A stretch of DNA of 64,000 nt from an uncultured delta proteobacterium. Lineage in GTDB: Bacteria; Myxococcota; Myxococcia; Myxococcales; Anaeromyxobacteraceae. Under the pieces are notes generated by a model that saw only the letters and a program-made list of their open reading frames with translations, was not told the origin of the DNA and made no database searches. Of this stretch, positions 44,927 through 55,958 are shown in pieces (position 1 is the first letter of the stretch; each line of letters opens with the position of its first letter). The position numbers and the translations under genes are program-made. The stretch spans positions 32,001-96,000 of the forward strand of contig CAWHDZ010000011.1 in assembly GCA_963828255.1 (NCBI GenBank). The letters run 5' to 3'.

Positions 44927-46552
44927 TCACGTGTCGTCGCCGCAGATCGCCGGGAGGAACTCGTCCCGGCGATCCGCGAGCAGCCTGGCCTCCCTGGGAA
45001 TGCCCTTCCGGAAGGCCCAGGCCCCGATGAGGCCCAGGACCCCCCACCCCGCCACGAGCCTCGCCGGCGACTCGGCGCGCAGGGCGAGGAGCGCCGGGAC
45101 GGAGAAGAGCGCCATGGTCGCCGAGATGATCCCCATCCCGATCAGGCCGGAGAAGGCCGAGACGGCCGAGCTCCGCTGGATGGCGAACGACGCCGCCTTG
45201 GGGCGGAGGATCGACACCAGGTTCCCGGACAGGAGGAGCCACGGCGCCATCGCCGCGTGGAGCACGACCGCCCCGCCGAAGGCCCACCATGGCGCCGCCC
45301 CCTTCCCCAGCGCGGCCATGACGGCCGCCGACAGGAGAAGGAGGAGGAGGCTGTAGAGGTAGAGGACGAGCGCCTTGGCGCGGAGCACCGCGCCGAGGTC
45401 GATCGGGGCGAGGAAGAAGGCCCGGATCCCGCCTCGCTCCCATCCGAAGGCGTTCAGCCAGAAGGCCTGCAGGAGCAGGTGCGCGTAGACGGCGGCGCCG
45501 AAGAGCGGCAGCGCGCGGATCACCTCGCCTGCCTCGGCGGGGATGCGCGGCTCCACCTTCAGGGTCACGAAGGCCATGATGGCCGGGGCGAGGAAGGCGT
45601 CCACCCGGGCCAGCGGCTGCCGGAAGAGGTACCGGGCCTCCTTCTCGACGAGCGCGCCGAAGCGGCCGCCCCGGAACCCCCGGCCGACCGGGGACGGCCG
45701 GCCGGGCGCCCCCTCCCCCGACGATCCGGCGCCGCGGGCCTGCCAGATCGCGAGCCCGTAAGACATCCACCCGGTGAGCGCGGTGACGAGGGCGAGGCCG
45801 GCGAACCAGGGCAGGCTGGCCAGCGTGCGCCCCGCGAAGAGGTCCCGGGCTGCTGCCGCCGAGAGGGCCGCCGGCCAGGCGAGCCACTGGAGCACCTTGA
45901 GCGTGGGCAGGAGGTCCACCGCGGCCCGGAACGGCCTGTCGGAGGACCAGAGGAGGATCGCCAGCACGCCAACCGAGAGGCCGACCGAGCCGAGCATGGC
46001 CCATTCGCGGATCCGGCGGGTGGTGAGGACCGCCGCGAGCACCTCCTGGACGAGCGCCACGACGATGACCGTCGCCACGGCGAAGAGGACGAGCAGGACG
46101 AGCAGCAGGAGGATCCACGGGCCTGGCCGGGCCACGGCCGCGCCCACGAGCACTCCGCCCAGCATCGCGCCCCACACGACCCCCATGGGATCGCCCACGA
46201 TGCCCGTCAGCAGTCCCATGGCGTAGACCCTGCCGGGCGGGATGGGGAAGACCAGGAATCGGCGCAGGTCGAGCCCCTCCCGGTCGTTCAGGGTGAGGCT
46301 CACCGCGCTCCAGGTCTGCCAGATCCCGAAGAAGATGGCCGCGGCGCCCACCTCGGCGCGCAGCCCGCTGCCGGCCCGGACGGCCTGGAAGGCGCCGAAG
46401 CCGATGGCCACGGCGAACCCGATGCCGATCGGGACTGCGATGGCGAGGAGCACCACGGTCGCCACTCCCTCGACGATCCCACCGCGGGAGGTGAAGCGGC
46501 GCCAGAGGAGCAGGGCCCGCAGCTCCACCAGGGCCCGCAAAGCCGAGGTCAC
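44927..46552 (-). CDS. Putative ABC-2-type exporter permease
   Basis: About 12 hydrophobic segments in two halves; coupled to the ABC ATPase. Confidence 0.8.
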   Translation of the reverse strand: MTSALRALVELRALLLWRRFTSRGGIVEGVATVVLLAIAVPIGIGFAVAIGFGAFQAVRAGSGLRAEVGAAAIFFGIWQTWSAVSLTLNDREGLDLRRFLVFPIPPGRVYAMGLLTGIVGDPMGVVWGAMLGGVLVGAAVARPGPWILLLLVLLVLFAVATVIVVALVQEVLAAVLTTRRIREWAMLGSVGLSVGVLAILLWSSDRPFRAAVDLLPTLKVLQWLAWPAALSAAAARDLFAGRTLASLPWFAGLALVTALTGWMSYGLAIWQARGAGSSGEGAPGRPSPVGRGFRGGRFGALVEKEARYLFRQPLARVDAFLAPAIMAFVTLKVEPRIPAEAGEVIRALPLFGAAVYAHLLLQAFWLNAFGWERGGIRAFFLAPIDLGAVLRAKALVLYLYSLLLLLLSAAVMAALGKGAAPWWAFGGAVVLHAAMAPWLLLSGNLVSILRPKAASFAIQRSSAVSAFSGLIGMGIISATMALFSVPALLALRAESPARLVAGWGVLGLIGAWAFRKGIPREARLLADRRDEFLPAICGDDT

Positions 46553-47334
46553 TCCCCGGACTCCTGCGCGCCGAGCCAGGAGAGTCCGGGCCCTGCTGCG
46601 GGACGCTCGTCCCCCACCAGGCGGATGAAGGTCTCCTCGAGGGATCCGGTGGCCCGCACCTCCTCGAGCGACCCCTGCGCGATGAGCTTCCCACGGTGGA
46701 TGATCCCGACGTGGGTGACGAGCCGCTCCACCACCTCGAGGACGTGGCTGGTCAGGAAGATGGTGAGGGATCGCCGTGCAACCAGATCCTGCAGCATCCG
46801 CCGGATCCCGGAGACCGCCACCGCGTCGATCCCCTCGAAGGGCTCGTCGAGGAAGAGCAGCTCCGGTCCGTGGATGAGCGCGCAGGCCAGCGCCAGCTTC
46901 TTCTTCATTCCGTGGCTGTAATCCTGGACGAGCTTGCCCCCCTCGGAGGCCAGCTCCATCGCCTCGAGCAGCTCGGTGGCGCGGCGGGCGGCCACGGCCC
47001 GGTCGAGCCCGTAGAGCTGCCCCTGGATGCGCAGCATCTCGCCGCCGGAGAGCCGCTCGAAGAGGGCCAGGCCGTCGGGGACGACCCCAATCCGACCCTT
47101 CACCGAGAGTCCGTCACGGGAGAGGTCGGCGCCGAGGACGCGGGCCACCCCGGAGGTGGGGCGGAGCAGGCCGGTGAGCATCTTCATGGTGGTGCTCTTG
47201 CCCGCGCCGTTCGGCCCCAGGAAGCCGTAGAACGCACCCGCCGGGACGCGCAGGTCGAGCGAGGCGACGGCGGGCTTTCCGTCGAAGAGGCGGGAGAGGC
47301 CGCGCGTCTCGACCGCCAGGGACGGTTCGCTCAT
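46549..47334 (-). CDS. ABC transporter ATP-binding protein
   Basis: GPNGAGKST, YSHGMKKK, LDEP, SH. Confidence 0.95.
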   Translation of the reverse strand: MSEPSLAVETRGLSRLFDGKPAVASLDLRVPAGAFYGFLGPNGAGKSTTMKMLTGLLRPTSGVARVLGADLSRDGLSVKGRIGVVPDGLALFERLSGGEMLRIQGQLYGLDRAVAARRATELLEAMELASEGGKLVQDYSHGMKKKLALACALIHGPELLFLDEPFEGIDAVAVSGIRRMLQDLVARRSLTIFLTSHVLEVVERLVTHVGIIHRGKLIAQGSLEEVRATGSLEETFIRLVGDERPAAGPGLSWLGAQESGE

Positions 47335-47338
47335 CCGG

Positions 47339-47716
47339 CTAGTGCAGGGCGCGCTGCGCCTCGCCTCGGGCCTCGAAGTAGAGGAAGCGGACCCCCATCC
47401 CGTGGACGGCGGCATGCACGTCCTGGCCGGCCTTGCGCCCGACCAGGTGGCAGACGTAGCGGACCTCCCCCACGGCGGTCATGTCGCCGGACTCGGACGG
47501 GAAGGAGACCTGCACCTGGGAGCCGATGGGGTGCGGCGTGGCGGTCTCCACGAACATTCCGCCCTCGGAGATGTTGCGCGCGATGCCCATCCCGCATCCG
47601 TGAAGCCCCTCGAGCCAGACGGGGAAGACCTTGTCGAGCCTGGATCCCGTCCGCCGGTCGGAAGGCTGCGACCGGGGCGGCTGCTCTTCCTCGACTGCTC
47701 GGCGGAACCAGGACAT
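47339..47716 (-). CDS. Stand-alone PilZ domain protein
   Basis: RxxxR (RTGSR) and NISEGG motifs, GMGVRF. Confidence 0.88.
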   Translation of the reverse strand: MSWFRRAVEEEQPPRSQPSDRRTGSRLDKVFPVWLEGLHGCGMGIARNISEGGMFVETATPHPIGSQVQVSFPSESGDMTAVGEVRYVCHLVGRKAGQDVHAAVHGMGVRFLYFEARGEAQRALH

Positions 47717-47797
47717 GGAGTGAACCTCCGCCGTGAACGGTACGGCGGAGGCCCGGTGTCGTCAAACTTCCTACCCTTGCCTACATCCCCTTGGGGG

Positions 47798-49393
<1,596 letters not shown>

Positions 49394-49477
49394 GGAGCCT
49401 CTCTCACGGGATGGTTGGATGGAAAGCACGGTGGAAACGCCGATGGGCACCGGGCCTATTCCCCGGGCCCCGGGGAG

Positions 49478-49630
49478 TCAGGCACGCGCGAGCCGGCCGA
49501 CCCGGACCCGGGCAGCCCGGAGCACCCGGTCGCCGATCCGCCACCCCGGGCGAAGTTCCTCGACCAGGGTCCCGTCCTGGGCCTCGTCGTCCACCGCGAG
49601 GAGGTCGATGGCCTCGGCGGTGCGGGGGTT
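49478..49630 (-). pseudogene. grpE: grpE C-terminal remnant
   Basis: Frame absent from the ORF track reads NPRTAEAIDLLAVDDEAQDGTLVEELRPGWRIGDRVLRAARVRVGRLARA*, matching the GrpE beta-domain; the N-terminal helix is absent. Confidence 0.75.
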
Positions 49631-49643
49631 CCTCCCGCGACAC

Positions 49644-49671
49644 AACCTAAGTACCGGTCGGGCCGTGTCAA
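49644..49671 (-). promoter_or_regulatory. Sigma-70-like promoter upstream of the grpE remnant and degP
   Basis: TTGACA-N16-TAGGTT followed by a GGGAGGA RBS. Confidence 0.55.
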
Positions 49672-50081
49672 TTCGAAAGGGGGCCGCCGGGCTCGAGACC
49701 CAGGAGCTTCGCGACCGTCTTCTCGTCGGCGGCCGGGAACTCGAACTGGTCGAGCTCGTCCGGACGGACCCACCGGTGGTCGTGCACCCGCGCGTTCTGG
49801 ATCGCGCCTGCCCTGATCTCGCACCGGTAGACGCAGAAGTCGATGTCGTAGCTGGCGTAGGAATGCTGGACGTGGATGAGCCGCTCCCCGACCCGGATGG
49901 AGATGTCCATCTCCTCCTCGATCTCGCGGGCCAGCGCGGCCTCGTCCGTCTCCCCCTCCTCCACCCGGCCGCCCGGGAACTCCCAGAGGAGCGGCAGCGA
50001 GGCGGTCGGCGATCGCTGGGTGATGAGGTAGCGGCCGTCCTTCTCGATCATCGCGCCCACGACCCGGATCTTGCGCCGCAT
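49668..50081 (-). CDS. MutT/NudG-like NUDIX pyrophosphohydrolase
   Basis: WEFPGGRVEEGETDEAALAREIEEEM Nudix box, FPAAD. Confidence 0.92.
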   Translation of the reverse strand: MRRKIRVVGAMIEKDGRYLITQRSPTASLPLLWEFPGGRVEEGETDEAALAREIEEEMDISIRVGERLIHVQHSYASYDIDFCVYRCEIRAGAIQNARVHDHRWVRPDELDQFEFPAADEKTVAKLLGLEPGGPLSN

Positions 50082-50137
50082 GCCCCCTCCGCCCCTCCTG
50101 CCGCCTTGCCGGCGAAGCATTGTAGAATCGCCGGACC

Positions 50138-51532
50138 ATGGCGTCCATCCGCTTCCTCGGCGCGGCGGGAACCGTCACCGGATCCCGCTTCCTCGTCGAG
50201 GCGGCGGGCCGGCGGGTCCTCGTCGACGCAGGCCTGTTCCAGGGCATGAAGGAGTTCCGGCTGCGCAACTGGGCGCCCTTCCCGGTTCCCCCCGACTCGA
50301 TCGACGCGGTGGTCCTGACGCACGCCCACATCGACCACTCGGGCGCCCTCCCCCTGCTCTGCCGGGCCGGCTTCCGGGGGGAGACCTTCTGCACCCCGGC
50401 CACGGCCGACCTGGCCCGCATCATGCTGCCCGACTCGGCGAAGCTCCAGGAGGAGGAGGCCCGGTACGCCAACGCCAAGGGCTACTCGCGCCACGCACCC
50501 CGCGCCCTCCCGCTCTACGAGGCCGCCGACGCGGTGGCGGCGCTGGAGACGCTGCGGACGCTCCGCTACGGCAAGCCCCGCGAGATCCTGCCCGGGTTCA
50601 CCCTGGGTTATTCCCGGGCCGGGCACATCCTGGGGAGCGCCTCGGCGAGGCTGACCGTTGCCGGGGCCTCCGGCCAGCTCGTCCGCATCCTCTTCTCCGG
50701 CGACCTGGGGCGCTACGACGCCCCCATCCTCCCCGATCCCGAGCCCCCGCCGGAGTGCGACTTCCTGGTGGTGGAGTCCACCTATGGCGACCGGACCCAC
50801 CCTCCCGACACGGCCGCCGCATCGCTGGAGCGGGAGGTCCTCGCCGCCGTGGCCCGCGGGGGAGCCATCCTGATCCCCGCCTTCGCCATCGGCCGCACCC
50901 AGGAGGTGCTCTTCCTCCTGCGGGAACTCGAGCAGTCCGGGCGCATCCCGTCCCTTCCGGTCTTCGTCGACTCCCCCATGGCCACCGACGCGACGCCCGT
51001 CTACCGGGCCCACCGGGAGGACCACGACACCCACATGGACGCCCTGCTCGACCGGGGCGTCGAGCCGCTCCGCCCGCGGAGGCTCACCTTCACCCGGAGC
51101 ACCGAGGAGTCGAAGGCCGTCAACCGCGTTCACGGTCCGTGCATCATCATCTCGGCCTCCGGGATGGCCACCGGCGGGCGCGTCCTCCACCACCTGGAGC
51201 GGCGCCTTCCCGAGCCGTCCACGACGGTCCTCCTGGTCGGATTCCAGGCCGCCGGGACCCGCGGCTGGCGGCTGCAGAACGGCGCCGAGACCGTCCGGAT
51301 GCACGGGAAGGACGTCCCGGTCCGGGCCCGCGTCGTCTCCCTCCCCGGTTTCTCGGCCCACGGGGACCGGGACGAGGTGGCGCGCTGGCTCGACGGGGCC
51401 CCCACGCCGCCCCGGAGGACGTTCTGCGTCCACGGCGAGCCCACGGCCCTCTCCGCCCAGGCGGAGCGAATCGCCGCCCGCGGCTGGGAGGTCCACGTCC
51501 CCTCCCACCTCGAGACGGTGGAGCTGGGTTGA
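50138..51532 (+). CDS. MBL-fold beta-CASP ribonuclease (Ysh1-like)
   Basis: FLGAAGTVTGS, THAHIDHSG, AGHILGS, FSGDLG, ESTYGDR, FSAHGD, VHGE. Confidence 0.93.
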   Translation: MASIRFLGAAGTVTGSRFLVEAAGRRVLVDAGLFQGMKEFRLRNWAPFPVPPDSIDAVVLTHAHIDHSGALPLLCRAGFRGETFCTPATADLARIMLPDSAKLQEEEARYANAKGYSRHAPRALPLYEAADAVAALETLRTLRYGKPREILPGFTLGYSRAGHILGSASARLTVAGASGQLVRILFSGDLGRYDAPILPDPEPPPECDFLVVESTYGDRTHPPDTAAASLEREVLAAVARGGAILIPAFAIGRTQEVLFLLRELEQSGRIPSLPVFVDSPMATDATPVYRAHREDHDTHMDALLDRGVEPLRPRRLTFTRSTEESKAVNRVHGPCIIISASGMATGGRVLHHLERRLPEPSTTVLLVGFQAAGTRGWRLQNGAETVRMHGKDVPVRARVVSLPGFSAHGDRDEVARWLDGAPTPPRRTFCVHGEPTALSAQAERIAARGWEVHVPSHLETVELG

Positions 51533-52380
51533 TCCCCGGGCCACGCGGAGGGCGCGTCGTCCTGCTCGACGGGGGCATGGGGACGGCGCTCCTCGCCCGA
51601 GGCCTCCCGGCGGATCTCCTCCCCGAGGCCTGGGTCCTCCACCGACCGTGGGAGGTGGCCGCCGTCCACGCGTCCCACGCCGGCGCGGGCGCCGAGGTCC
51701 TCCTCACCTGCACCTTCAACCTGGCCCGGCTCGACCTGGCCGGACCCGATCTCGACGCCTTCGAGGTGTCGCGACGGGCGGTGGCGCTGGCTCGCCTGGC
51801 CCGCCCGGAGGCGGTCGCGGGCTGCGTCGGGGCGACCGGCCTCTCCACCCGGCGAGGGCGTGGACCGGCCCCCGCGGAGTACCGCGAGCGGTACGGCCTG
51901 GCCTGCCGCGCGCTCGCCGTGGCGGGCGCGGACCTGATCTGGATCGAGACCCAGCTCGGCCGCGAGGAGGCCCGCGCGGCGGTGGCGGCGGGGCGAGCGA
52001 CCGGCCTCCCGGTGGTGGTCACCGCCTTCCTGGTCCCGGCTCCCGGGGGGATGGCCGCCCTCGATGGCTCCCCGGGCGTCGACCTCCTCGAGGCGCTCTG
52101 GAGGGACGGCGCGGCGGCGGTGGGGGTGAACTGCGTGGCGCCGGATGCGGCGCTCATCCGGATCGCCGCCCAGGCGGCCGCGCGGATCCCCGTGCCACTG
52201 GTGGTGAAGCCAAACGCGGGACTCCCCGGGGCGCCGGTCGGACCGGCCGCGTTCGCGGCAGGCGTGGCTGCGGCGATCCGCGCGGGCGCGAGCCTGGCCG
52301 GGGGATGCTGCGGGGCGGGGGCGGAACACCTCCGGATGCTGGCCACCGCGACGGGCCGGGGACTTCAGGCGCGCGGGTAG
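51529..52380 (+). CDS. Homocysteine S-methyltransferase domain protein
   Basis: LLDGGMGT, GA..L.T.TF, GVNC, KPNAGLP, GGCCG; TTG start overlaps the upstream stop. Confidence 0.85.
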   Translation: MIPGPRGGRVVLLDGGMGTALLARGLPADLLPEAWVLHRPWEVAAVHASHAGAGAEVLLTCTFNLARLDLAGPDLDAFEVSRRAVALARLARPEAVAGCVGATGLSTRRGRGPAPAEYRERYGLACRALAVAGADLIWIETQLGREEARAAVAAGRATGLPVVVTAFLVPAPGGMAALDGSPGVDLLEALWRDGAAAVGVNCVAPDAALIRIAAQAAARIPVPLVVKPNAGLPGAPVGPAAFAAGVAAAIRAGASLAGGCCGAGAEHLRMLATATGRGLQARG

Positions 52381-53183
52381 GATCCGAGGAGCAGCATCAT
52401 GTGCACCTGCCGGCGGACGCCGGCGAGCGCGTCGGCGCACTCGGGTTCGGCGCGGTGCCCCTCGAAGTCCAGGAAGAAGACGTAGTGTCCGACCGCAGTC
52501 TTGGTGGGACGGCTCTCGATGCGGGAGAGGTTGATGCGCCTCGTGGCGAACTCGGCGATGACCTCGTAGAGGCCGCCGGGCCGGTCGCGGTCGAGGGTGA
52601 ATGCGATGCTGGTGCGGTCGCGTCCGGTGGCCTTGCCGTCCTCCCGGGACAGCAGGAGGAACCGGGTGGCGTTCTCGGCCGCGTCCTGGATGGAGGGAGC
52701 GAGGATGGCGAGGCCGTAGCGTTCCGCAGCACCGCGGCCGCCCACCGCGGCGATACCCGGCTCCTCCGCAACCCGACGGGCCGCGTCCGCGGTGGAGAGC
52801 GTCGGCTCGGTGGGGATGCCAGGGAGGCGCAGCCGCAGGAATGCCGAGCACTGGCCGAGGGCCTGGGGGTGGGAGAGCACGCGCCGGATGGAGGCGAGAT
52901 CGGCGCCGGCGCGGACCAGCAGGTGCTGCTCGACCGGAAGCACGAGTTCCTGCCGGATGCGAAGGCCGGGGCGGTGGACCAGGAGGTCGAGCGTGGCCCC
53001 CACCGCCCCCTCGATGGAGTTCTCCACCGGGAGGAGCGCGACGTCCACCTGGCCCGACAGGGCGGCCTCGTAGGCGTCGGCGAAGCTCGGGAACGGCTGG
53101 CGCTCGGCCCCCGCCAGCGCCGGACAGCGGGAGACGGCCTCCTCGCTGAAGGTTCCGGGTGGACCCAGGTAGGCGACGCGCAT
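52365..53183 (-). CDS. pheA: Prephenate dehydratase (PDT+ACT)
   Basis: AYLGPPGTFSE, PVENSIEG, SHPQALGQC, NATRF, IESRP. Confidence 0.95.
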   Translation of the reverse strand: MRVAYLGPPGTFSEEAVSRCPALAGAERQPFPSFADAYEAALSGQVDVALLPVENSIEGAVGATLDLLVHRPGLRIRQELVLPVEQHLLVRAGADLASIRRVLSHPQALGQCSAFLRLRLPGIPTEPTLSTADAARRVAEEPGIAAVGGRGAAERYGLAILAPSIQDAAENATRFLLLSREDGKATGRDRTSIAFTLDRDRPGGLYEVIAEFATRRINLSRIESRPTKTAVGHYVFFLDFEGHRAEPECADALAGVRRQVHMMLLLGSYPRA

Positions 53184-53286
53184 GGGACTTTTCTAGCAGG
53201 GGTGCGGGAAGCTGTCTCCTTCGCCGCCCCGACGGACCGGCGCCACGGTCTGGTAGAATCCGCCCTCACGCGTTGCCGGAGGTGGG

Positions 53287-54870
53287 GTGGACTGGATTGA
53301 CGAGTTGCGGCGAAGGGGCCTCCGCGGGGCCCTGGGCGGGCTCGACCGCAGGCGCCGACCGGCGTCCCCCGGCGCCTACCTGGCCCGCCGCCAGCGCCGG
53401 CGCCTCTTCGCCCTCCTGGCCGCCTCGGCCGGCCTGGCCCTCCTCCTGGCCGGAGGCGCGCTCTTCCTCAACCAGACGTCGTCCAGGCCGGTCTCCGGGT
53501 CTCCCTCCATCGTCGTCCTGCCCTTCGCGAACCTGAGCGGGGATGCGGGGCAGGACTACTTCGCCGACGGCATGACCGAGGAGATCCAGGGCGCACTCTC
53601 CGAGATCCCCGGCCTCCGGGTGATGGGACGGACCACGACCTTCGCGCTGCGCGGCACGGCGCAGGATACCCGGGAGGTCGGAAGGAAGCTCGGGGTGACA
53701 TCCATCCTCGACGGGAGCGTGCGGCGTGTCGGGTCTCGACTCCGGGTGACCGCCCAGGTCGTGGACGCCCGGGACGGCTACCAGCTCTGGTCGGAGACGT
53801 TCGACCGCGAGGCCGGGGACGTCCTTGCGGTCCAGGACGAGATTGGCCGGGCGGTCGCGATGGCCCTCCAGATCACCCTCCTCCCTTCCACTCCGGCCGG
53901 ACATGCGCGGCAGACGGTGGACCCCGAGGTCTACAACCAGTACCTGCTGGCCAGGCGCTTCCTCGCTCCGTCGAATCTGGTCGGATTCCTCCGCGCCGTG
54001 GCCGCGTCGGAGAAGGCCATCTCCCTCGCTCCCGGATTCGCACCCGCCTGGGCCACGCTCTCGACCGGCTTCAGCGGCCTGGCGGACTACGCGGAGGATC
54101 CGGACGAGATCGCGCTGAACCAGAGGAAGGCCGTCGCCGCGGCGGCCCGCGCCATCGACCTCGACCCGAGGCTGGCCGAGGCCTACGCCGCCCGGGCCCA
54201 GCTTCTCGCCCAGACCAGCTGGGACTGGGAGTCGGCCCGGGAGGACTTCGACCACGCCCTCGCGCTGGCCCCGGGCGACGCCGACATCCTCCGGAAGAAG
54301 GGGGCCTGGCTGCTCGCACCGCAGGGGCGCGTCACCGAGGCCATCGAGGTGCTCCGCAGGTCCACCGAGCTCGATCCGCTCTCCGCCTCGGCCTGGATGT
54401 CGCTGGGCCTCCTGGAGGTCGCCGCGACCAAGGGGCGGGCGGGCGAAGGGGCCCTGCTCCGCGCCACCGAGATCGCCCCGGACAACGACTACGTCCTCCA
54501 GGCGCTCGGGGTGCGGGATCTCCTGGTGGGGAACCCTTCCGGCGCGCTCGCCCGGACGAACCGGTGCTCCGCCGGGGTCTGGAGGCTGCGCGGGGCGGCG
54601 CTCGCCGAGCACGACCTCGGCCATGCACGCGAGTCGGAGGCGGCGCTCGCCGAGCTCGCCGGCGAGCTGGCCAGCCCGTCCCCGTTCCAGATCGCCGAGG
54701 TTCACGCCTGGCGGGGCGAGGCCGACCAGGCCTTCGCCTGGCTCGAGAAGGCGCTCCTGGCCCGCGACGGGGGGTTGCTCCTCCTCACCTGGGATCCGCT
54801 GCTCGCGAAGATCCGGGGGGACGCGCGGATGGCCTCCCTGCTCCGGCGCATGAACCTCGACCCGCGGTGA
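53287..54870 (+). CDS. Membrane-anchored TolB-like/TPR protein
   Basis: TM, SIVVLPFANLSGD..QDYFADGMTEEI, GSVRR.G..LRVTAQ, WSETFDR, TPRs, DPLL..IRGDAR. Confidence 0.85.
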   Translation: MDWIDELRRRGLRGALGGLDRRRRPASPGAYLARRQRRRLFALLAASAGLALLLAGGALFLNQTSSRPVSGSPSIVVLPFANLSGDAGQDYFADGMTEEIQGALSEIPGLRVMGRTTTFALRGTAQDTREVGRKLGVTSILDGSVRRVGSRLRVTAQVVDARDGYQLWSETFDREAGDVLAVQDEIGRAVAMALQITLLPSTPAGHARQTVDPEVYNQYLLARRFLAPSNLVGFLRAVAASEKAISLAPGFAPAWATLSTGFSGLADYAEDPDEIALNQRKAVAAAARAIDLDPRLAEAYAARAQLLAQTSWDWESAREDFDHALALAPGDADILRKKGAWLLAPQGRVTEAIEVLRRSTELDPLSASAWMSLGLLEVAATKGRAGEGALLRATEIAPDNDYVLQALGVRDLLVGNPSGALARTNRCSAGVWRLRGAALAEHDLGHARESEAALAELAGELASPSPFQIAEVHAWRGEADQAFAWLEKALLARDGGLLLLTWDPLLAKIRGDARMASLLRRMNLDPR

Positions 54871-54906
54871 ACAACGGAGCGGTGCAGGCAGCCGGTCCGC
54901 AAATGG

Positions 54907-54935
54907 TGAAGGCCCCACCGCTTCTGGGGCCTTCA
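54907..54935. terminator. Hairpin after the TPR gene (possible terminator)
   Basis: TGAAGGCCCCA-N7-TGGGGCCTTCA perfect 11-bp stem; no U tract. Confidence 0.5.
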
Positions 54936-55145
54936 GGTCGGCGCTCCCCGGCGCCGATCGGTCTCGCTGACTCCTCGGCGAAGGCTAGCATCGGGCCCGG
55001 GCGTCGAGATCCCCACGTTCCAGTGAGCCCCGTCAGGGAGCACGCAGTCGATCCGTGCCTCCCCTGGGCGAATGACAACGGGTCATGGCCTTTTGGGTGG
55101 GTCCGCTCCGGGCTACGCTCGCCCCAGGGAATCAGGGAGGGGGCC

Positions 55146-55346
55146 ATGAGCGAGGGTCTGAAGCCGCTAGGAACGCCGGAAGGCTGGGAGGCGGACGACC
55201 GGTCCCGGATGCGAAGCGTCCACGAAGCCCTCGACCTCGAGTATCGGCAGATCCCGGAAGGCCCGGGTCCGGAAGGTCCCTGGCGGCGCCGCTACGGGGG
55301 CAGCGTTCCCAACGTGGGCGAGTGTTCGCGGGAGGGAGCCGGCTAG
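55146..55346 (+). CDS. Small hypothetical ORF or gene fragment (66 aa)
   Basis: GGAGGGG RBS then ATG MSEGLKPLGTPEGWEADD... Confidence 0.35.
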   Translation: MSEGLKPLGTPEGWEADDRSRMRSVHEALDLEYRQIPEGPGPEGPWRRRYGGSVPNVGECSREGAG

Positions 55347-55421
55347 CGTTCGGGGTGTCGGGCCCCGCGACCCGAGCCCAACCAGGGCGAGTCCGATGTC
55401 GTCCGCCTTCGAACGGTCCCG

Positions 55422-55783
55422 TCAGTTTCGAGTGTCATTGGGCCGGAATCCCAATCGCTGTTCAGTCGGCCTGGGCCGGAACTCACCGAAGGCCGTCCTC
55501 CCCCCGAACTCACGCTGGAGGAGCTCGTCGACTCCGTCGGCCAGGTTCCCGAGGCCGAGGATGGCCCGGTGCAGGTGGGCAGGGACCAGCGGAGCGGCCT
55601 GAATGTCGACGGCGGCAAACACCGTACCGTTCAGTGCCAAGAAGCGTGCAAAGGAGATGGTGGCGTTTAGATCGTTCAGGCGTTGGAGTAGCCCGTTCTC
55701 CCCATCGACCGCCGCGACGACCGGGGAGTGCAGGTGCACGCTGAGCGGCTCCTCCACCGCCCGAACGAAGACGATGGCGCTCG
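55422..55783 (-). pseudogene. 5'-truncated YbjN/T3SS-chaperone-like domain
   Basis: SAIVFVRAVEEPLSVHLHSPVV..LLQRLNDLNATISFARF..ADGVDELLQREFGG; no start or RBS before the conserved-looking region. Confidence 0.5.
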
Positions 55784-55915
55784 GGGGTTCACGTTCCCGC
55801 GCGCCGATTGCTTCGGGGCCGGGGACGCCAGCCTGGCGGAGATACTTGGAGCGGTAGCCGTGGACGTCCGGTCATTCAACCTGCGGAAGGCGGGCTGAAG
55901 TGTGAGCAGCACCGG

Positions 55916-55958
55916 GGGCCTCACCGACTCTCGCCCGTCGGTGGGGCCTTCGCCTTTT
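55916..55958 (+). terminator. Intrinsic terminator-like hairpin
   Basis: GGCCTCACCGAC...GTCGGTGGGGCC followed by TTCGCCTTTT. Confidence 0.55.

Noticed and set aside
54903..54935. TGGTGAAGG as a duplicated tRNA-Val 3' end (att site)
   Set aside because: It shares only TGGTG with the tRNA end; too short to support an att call.
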